This document shows, piece by piece, positions 59,161-64,000 of a stretch of DNA of 64,000 nucleotides. The position numbers and the translations under genes were made by a program. The notes under the pieces are model-generated. The model was not told the origin of the DNA and did no database searches. It saw nothing but the letters and a program-made list of their open reading frames with translations. This DNA comes from Armatimonadota bacterium (lineage in GTDB: Bacteria; Armatimonadota; UBA5829; DTJY01): contig JARYMF010000003.1 of assembly GCA_029907255.1 (NCBI GenBank), forward strand, positions 64,061 to 128,060. The letters run 5' to 3'. The first letter of the stretch is position 1; each line of letters begins with the position of its first letter.

Positions 59161-60618
59161 GTGAGTAACGACGCAAGAAGTGCAGTCAAGAACTCCTTTG
59201 CAAGTATAACGGCTCAGTTAGCTAATTTGCTGGTAGGCCTTGCCTCAAGCGTATATGTAGCGCGAATGCTTGGCAAGGAGCAGTTCGGCATATACAATTG
59301 GGCACTTGGGCTCTGCGGCCTTGTTGTTGCAGTTGCAAATGTTGGCGTTGACAATGTCATCTCGCGAGAAACAGCCAAAGAAAAGACAAGAGCTTCAGAG
59401 TACTTAATAAGCGGTTTCCTTATTAAAATATTTACTTCCACCATTGCCTACCTGGGCATTGTTTTGTATCTTAAGCTTAGGAATTATTCTGGACTTCAGC
59501 TTGCTGTTGGATACTTGCTGTGCACAACGGTAATCACGGAGAGTTTTAATGCAAGCTGTCGGGCGGTTCTTATTGGAATCGAGCGGCAAGATGCTTCGGC
59601 AGTTATTTCTGTTGTGACGAACCTCATAAGAGTTGGCTTAGTTATTCTTCTAGTCACCCTAAAATATGACATTCTAGCTGTAGCATGGGTAACAGTAGGA
59701 ATTTTGATTCTTGCGCTCATACTGCATCTTTGGGTTATATCAAGGCTTGCAGGCGGCACGTGGAAGCCGAATCTTACCACTACTAGCTATTTATTGGCGA
59801 CTGGTTCAACCTTTCTTATAACAAGCTTATTTGCTAGCTTGTTTGATAGGGCAGATTACGTAATATTAGAGTACTATAAAGATGTAGGAACCGTTGGAAT
59901 ATACGGCGCGGCCTGGCGAATGGTTGAAATTGTCACAATGATTGCATATAACGCCAGCATTGCGTTGTTTCCAATTTTATCTAGAAGGTTTCAAACCTCA
60001 AAAGAGGAACACGCCAAGGCGCTGGAAAAAGCCACAAAGTACATGACGGTTTTCGGGTTTCCGTTTACTATTGGCATTCTACTTTTGAGTAATCCTCTTA
60101 TGGTAGGTCTTTATGGTGAAAAGTTCGCCGAATCAGGTACGGCACTTGCAATTCTCATGTGGAGCAGAGTTTTCGCGTTCCCGATTCTTCCAGGTCAGCA
60201 ATCGGTAGCGGCTCGTAACGCTCAGCTTAAGTTATTCCCGCCTGTTGTAGTGCGAGCAATTTTAGCAGTTGGACTGGCTGTCTATCTAATCCCCAAATAT
60301 GGTTATAAAGGTGCGGCTGTATCAAAGGTAGTTGCAGAAAATGTACATTACTTATTGTGCTATTTAATTGCTTTTAGCGGTCCTGAACGCTTCAACCCGA
60401 TAAAGCTGTTTGGCAAGCCAGCACTTGCAACAGCTGTGATGGCTTTGGCAATCATTTTCCTGCGAAGGTTTGGAATATTCGTGGCTACCGGTGGCGCAAT
60501 CGTAGTCTATATTGGTGCTATTCAGCTTTTTAGGGTTCTAGATAGCGAGGACATTAAAATACTGCGTAAAGTTGCTATGAGTTTTATCCGCCCTGGTTTA
60601 AGTATTAAAGGAGATTGA
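59161..60618 (+). CDS. Polysaccharide flippase (Wzx, MOP superfamily)
   Basis: GTG start. 12-14 TM helices. N-terminal ...ITAQLANLLVGLASSVYVARMLG... is typical of polysaccharide_synt/Wzx. Confidence 0.75.
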   Translation: MSNDARSAVKNSFASITAQLANLLVGLASSVYVARMLGKEQFGIYNWALGLCGLVVAVANVGVDNVISRETAKEKTRASEYLISGFLIKIFTSTIAYLGIVLYLKLRNYSGLQLAVGYLLCTTVITESFNASCRAVLIGIERQDASAVISVVTNLIRVGLVILLVTLKYDILAVAWVTVGILILALILHLWVISRLAGGTWKPNLTTTSYLLATGSTFLITSLFASLFDRADYVILEYYKDVGTVGIYGAAWRMVEIVTMIAYNASIALFPILSRRFQTSKEEHAKALEKATKYMTVFGFPFTIGILLLSNPLMVGLYGEKFAESGTALAILMWSRVFAFPILPGQQSVAARNAQLKLFPPVVVRAILAVGLAVYLIPKYGYKGAAVSKVVAENVHYLLCYLIAFSGPERFNPIKLFGKPALATAVMALAIIFLRRFGIFVATGGAIVVYIGAIQLFRVLDSEDIKILRKVAMSFIRPGLSIKGD

Positions 60619-61805
60619 GAATGGAATTGTTAGCTTCTTCACAAAAGAATCGCTCACCTATGAAAGTTGCTTTGATAATGGGCGCACTATGCCATGCCAG
60701 AATTTCCCACTTATATGAGGGGTTTGATCCTCGTTATGAAATAATTGCAGTTGGTTCAAAGAAGTGTGATATAGGAGAAAGCGACATTAAGCAAGAGCAC
60801 AGAAGGATATTGACGCTGAGAGATATCCTTCGCCATGTGCCAAAACTGCGGCACAGGATTCCATGGGAAACCCAGCAGTATTTTTTCGGCTTTGAAAAAG
60901 CAATGTCAGACATTGGGATTCTTTATCCTGCAGGATCAGCTATGAAGTTTGCATATCAGTGCATTCAAATGAAGCGTAAAACTGGAGTTAAAGTGGTAGT
61001 TTCCGACTTTGAAAACGTGCCGCTTAGGTTTTTTCACCACAGCGAAACACGCAGAGCAGAGCGGCTTGCAGTCCTGCATGAAGCAGATGCAATAGTTGCG
61101 GTTTTGCATCAAGTTAAGACTTGTCTTCTAATGGAAGGAATACCAGAAGAAAAGATTCATGTTATTTATCATGGTGTAAATACTGAGAAGTTTCATCCTG
61201 CTCCAAAGAGCAAAGATATGCTGGGAATACTCGGCTTGTCAGAAAGAGACATTGCGGTGCTTTTCATCGGCCATTTTGGTTGGCAAAAGGGAGCTTTAAC
61301 CTATCTATATGCCGCCAAGCTTTTAGAAATGGATTCAGAAGTTCGCGATTTCCCTGTAAAGTTCATTGTAGTAGCTCGTGGAGGAAAGGACTTCACAAAG
61401 CGAGCTGAATACCTGGGAATTGCCGACAGAGTAGTGATTCACGAACGTATTCCTTTTGAAAAAATGCCTCAGTTATATCGATGTGCTGATATCGTGGTAG
61501 TCCCGAGTATTCCAATATTTCAAGCGTATGAACAAACATCAAACGTAACACATGAAGCCGCTGCATGTGGTAGGGCTCTAGTGCTTTCATACACAGGAGG
61601 CCTTCCAGAGTTAATGGGGGATGATGCATTGTACTTTGCTCCGGCAGACTATCAAGGGCTATACAAAAACCTAAAAGAACTCATACTTGACGAGAAAAAA
61701 CGCGAAGAATATGGCAGACGTGCTAGATGTCGAGCAACCGAAGTGCTCGACAGCGCAATAATGCGTGAGAAGACAGCTAGGCTATTCGATCAAGTACTTG
61801 GTTAA
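60615..61805 (+). CDS. Glycosyltransferase family 4 (GT-B, Glycos_transf_1)
   Basis: C-terminal ...CADIVVVPS...E..S....EAAACGRALV... contains the E-x7-E motif region. Confidence 0.8.
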   Translation: MRMELLASSQKNRSPMKVALIMGALCHARISHLYEGFDPRYEIIAVGSKKCDIGESDIKQEHRRILTLRDILRHVPKLRHRIPWETQQYFFGFEKAMSDIGILYPAGSAMKFAYQCIQMKRKTGVKVVVSDFENVPLRFFHHSETRRAERLAVLHEADAIVAVLHQVKTCLLMEGIPEEKIHVIYHGVNTEKFHPAPKSKDMLGILGLSERDIAVLFIGHFGWQKGALTYLYAAKLLEMDSEVRDFPVKFIVVARGGKDFTKRAEYLGIADRVVIHERIPFEKMPQLYRCADIVVVPSIPIFQAYEQTSNVTHEAAACGRALVLSYTGGLPELMGDDALYFAPADYQGLYKNLKELILDEKKREEYGRRARCRATEVLDSAIMREKTARLFDQVLG

Positions 61806-61817
61806 ATAAGGAAAACT

Positions 61818-64000
61818 ATGTCGGGAAAGTCCTCAATTTACAAAAGATTGCTTCCGCCAAAGCCAGTATACAGCTTAGTTGGTGGAATGTGGTATGACAC
61901 CTCACCTCTACCTAACACATCATCTACTTATTCGGCAAAGAGCTACTCTGGTGAAAATTATGCCTATTTTAGGATTTATAACACCGTCGAAAACTCTCGC
62001 ACATATCGCTCGACTATTTATGCAAACCTTCCCATGGCAATCTTTCAATATGAAAAAGAAGCAATCGGTCTGGTTTTTGAGCCTTTAAGCGACGGGCGTC
62101 CGTTGTCGCTGTGCGTTGCCTCAACGAAAGAAGAGGTTACCTTCGAGTACAGAAATGATGTAAAGCATTTATTAAGAAGCAAATCGAGAGGATTTGTTGG
62201 TCCATGGGAGAAGGAAGAAGATTTTATATCCAACGCACAAGTTCCTCCAGTGCAAGAGCTTAGCGCAGATAGCTGGATGGAATTAGTCCGCAGGTACATT
62301 TCCAAGCACTTAGGCAGTGAGCTCCGACTAAAAGACCTATCGGATGCAATTCAAATGGCAATTGGTTTCTATGACCGTGCATTCGACGCTGGCAATTGTG
62401 TCCATGCGGATACTCTTTTGACTTTTGCGCCTTCAGATTTTGGGGATCCAATTTATAGCTATCCCAGCTTTGAAGCATGTCGGCTGGCGTCATTGGCGCG
62501 CGCTGACAAATGGCGTATCGAGAGATGGGAAAAAATAGCAGATAAGTTATTGAGCGATGAGGCATCTGTTAGACTAGTTGAACTAGGAGACGTGCGCGTT
62601 TGGCACAATGCACTTGTGCCAAATGGTGACATGAGCAAGCTTAAGTATACAACTGGCTATGGTACAGGATATTGCGGCTGGCCCGGGGGAATGGCTTATA
62701 CGCTTAGAGGCTTAATCGAATACTGTATGAAAATGGGCAAATCGAATGCATGTGAACGAATCCGTTCTGGGTTAAACTGGTTCTTGGCAATTCAGCTTCC
62801 AGATGGAGGATTTCCATTTAATGTCCCAACATTTCCCGATTTCAATAGCATGCGAGGCCGATGCCGAACAGGTCCAAACAGCAAGGCCGTCGGCGGCGCA
62901 GGCGAAGCTATAAGAACTTTATGTGCAGGATATAAGTTTCTTAATGATGAGCATTATCTAGAAGCTGCTAAGAAGGCTGCAGAGGCAGTTAACCCACGTC
63001 CGCCATATTACGAATTCCGAGGTTATGGCGACCTCAGGGATGCTGGTGATTATGAATCTGACTCGACTTCTGGCTGTTCACTTGGAAATGCCAACCTCGA
63101 TTTGTTTGAGGCAACTGGCGACCGCAAGTATCTTGAAACTGCAAAAGCGTTAGGCTATTACCTGCTTACCTGGCATTTTTGGTGGACGCCGGGGCCAAAC
63201 GAAATATTAGGTCTTATAGATCCTATGGCAGAGTCTTTCAGCCCCCACGCATCGCCCTGGAATACTGCATTAGCTGCCGAATTTTACCTTCGGCTTTATA
63301 GCCATACTAAAGATGAATTTTGGTTCAAAGTTGCTCAGCATGTACTCGCTCAATGCTTAAAATTTCAGAATCACAACACAGGTGGAATTTCGGAAACATA
63401 TCCAATACGCTTAGACGGCACCTATACCGATATGGGTGGCGAGTCGGCAATGGTAACCTGGGCTTTAATCAATGGTTGCTTGGCAATGCTCGAAGCATCT
63501 GGTGTTTCGCTCGAGACCCCCAAAGAAAGTGCACATTTAAGTTGTGACTCGCAAGTAAGCTTTTATGCAGAGGTATCGGTCTATAGCATTGCCAAAAAGA
63601 GCAATCGCATACAAAAATTGAAGAGTGCGCTGGCGCACGCCATCAGGAAAAGAATATGGAAGAAGCTTCCCATTTCAGTAGCCAAACGTCTTAAGGAACT
63701 TCGAGAAAAGCCTAGCGTTCATATTATACCAGTACCACACGAGGGTCCTGCTCGCAGACTTATTTTAAGCCCAGGTAATTCGCTAGAAGGCTTCGCTTTT
63801 TCAGTTGACCGGGCGCCAGAAGAATATGTTGTGTCCCTAAAATCCTCTACGTATACGGCAAATGTTAAGCGAGTGCTTATGCCAATCCTACGATTCCCCT
63901 CACCGGTGGTTAGTTTAATAGAAAGTGAGAAAATTGGCGAAACAATCACTTCCGTCATGGTGAAAACTCAAAGCGGCAAGTGCTATGAAGTCCGTTTTTT
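61818..64000 (+). CDS. Large hypothetical protein, 3' end outside window; possible (alpha/alpha)6-toroid polysaccharide lyase / hydrolase-like protein
   Basis: Manual frame-0 translation from ATG 61818 (MSGKSSIYKRLLPP...) reached position 64000 with no stop codon, giving more than 720 aa. It is absent from the ORF track, presumably because it has no in-window stop. Aromatic-rich helical repeats (YYLLTWHFWW...). Its position in the EPS locus is compatible with a heparinase-II/III-like enzyme. Confidence 0.45.
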   Translation, partial: MSGKSSIYKRLLPPKPVYSLVGGMWYDTSPLPNTSSTYSAKSYSGENYAYFRIYNTVENSRTYRSTIYANLPMAIFQYEKEAIGLVFEPLSDGRPLSLCVASTKEEVTFEYRNDVKHLLRSKSRGFVGPWEKEEDFISNAQVPPVQELSADSWMELVRRYISKHLGSELRLKDLSDAIQMAIGFYDRAFDAGNCVHADTLLTFAPSDFGDPIYSYPSFEACRLASLARADKWRIERWEKIADKLLSDEASVRLVELGDVRVWHNALVPNGDMSKLKYTTGYGTGYCGWPGGMAYTLRGLIEYCMKMGKSNACERIRSGLNWFLAIQLPDGGFPFNVPTFPDFNSMRGRCRTGPNSKAVGGAGEAIRTLCAGYKFLNDEHYLEAAKKAAEAVNPRPPYYEFRGYGDLRDAGDYESDSTSGCSLGNANLDLFEATGDRKYLETAKALGYYLLTWHFWWTPGPNEILGLIDPMAESFSPHASPWNTALAAEFYLRLYSHTKDEFWFKVAQHVLAQCLKFQNHNTGGISETYPIRLDGTYTDMGGESAMVTWALINGCLAMLEASGVSLETPKESAHLSCDSQVSFYAEVSVYSIAKKSNRIQKLKSALAHAIRKRIWKKLPISVAKRLKELREKPSVHIIPVPHEGPARRLILSPGNSLEGFAFSVDRAPEEYVVSLKSSTYTANVKRVLMPILRFPSPVVSLIESEKIGETITSVMVKTQSGKCYEVRF

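Noticed and set aside
61879-62088. 69-aa track ORF
   Set aside because: Out of frame within the much larger frame-0 ORF that starts at 61818.
1-64000. CRISPR arrays, tRNA or rRNA genes, IS elements
   Set aside because: No regularly spaced direct repeats, no tRNA T-loop or acceptor signatures in intergenic regions, and no transposase- or integrase-like ORFs were seen. Intergenic spaces are short and taken up by promoters and terminators.

Overview
This window reads as a bacterial chromosomal segment of about 45% GC. Coding density is high, with short intergenic gaps and many 1-10 nt overlaps between consecutive genes. Almost every gene is on the + strand. I found no rRNA, tRNA, CRISPR array, transposase or integrase.

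Content from left to right:
- (1) The C-terminal end of a 2-oxoacid:ferredoxin oxidoreductase alpha subunit, the complete beta subunit, an amidohydrolase, an alpha/beta hydrolase, and an archaeal-type thymidylate synthase.
- (2) A three-gene cassette of unknown function: a small protein, a degenerate DprA/Smf-like protein and an unknown protein. It sits directly upstream of a canonical smc gene.
- (3) A BlaI-family regulator. After it, a 93-aa two-helix membrane peptide whose reading frame overlaps mgtC by 4 nt.
- (4) The conserved nusA-ylxR-infB-DUF503-rbfA-nrnA-truB block. It is preceded by a strong promoter-like site and a terminator-shaped leader hairpin.
- (5) accD and accA.
- (6) A glycan-degradation cluster: a GH20-like protein, a Tat-signal sulfatase with a CxPSR motif, two beta-propeller hydrolase-like proteins and large secreted unknown proteins. 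A minus-strand unknown gene is wedged into the cluster and overlaps both of its neighbours.
- (7) A D-aminoacylase, a TolB-like PD40 protein, a solitary Dam-class N6-adenine DNA methyltransferase, a secreted unknown protein, and a Cys-rich 155-aa protein carrying an HxxxCxxC motif.
- (8) A complete Tad/Flp pilus locus: an outer-membrane beta-barrel protein, flp, cpaA, flp, tadE, tadG, cpaB, cpaC, cpaE, cpaF, tadB and tadC. Both flp pilin genes are under 60 aa and are missing from the ORF track.
- (9) A PEP-CTERM/exosortase exopolysaccharide locus: a PEP-CTERM protein, a Wza-like exporter, a fused chain-length determinant and BY-kinase, a priming sugar transferase, an epimerase, exosortase and EpsI, a Wzy-like protein, a methyltransferase, a Wzx flippase and a GT4 glycosyltransferase. 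After these comes a large ORF that runs off the 3' end and is also absent from the track.

The most notable unexplained elements are the DprA-like cassette at 4.4-6.6 kb, the orphan methyltransferase with the Cys-rich protein at 34.4-36.9 kb, the overlapped minus-strand gene at 30.7-31.7 kb, and several promoter-overlapping inverted repeats.
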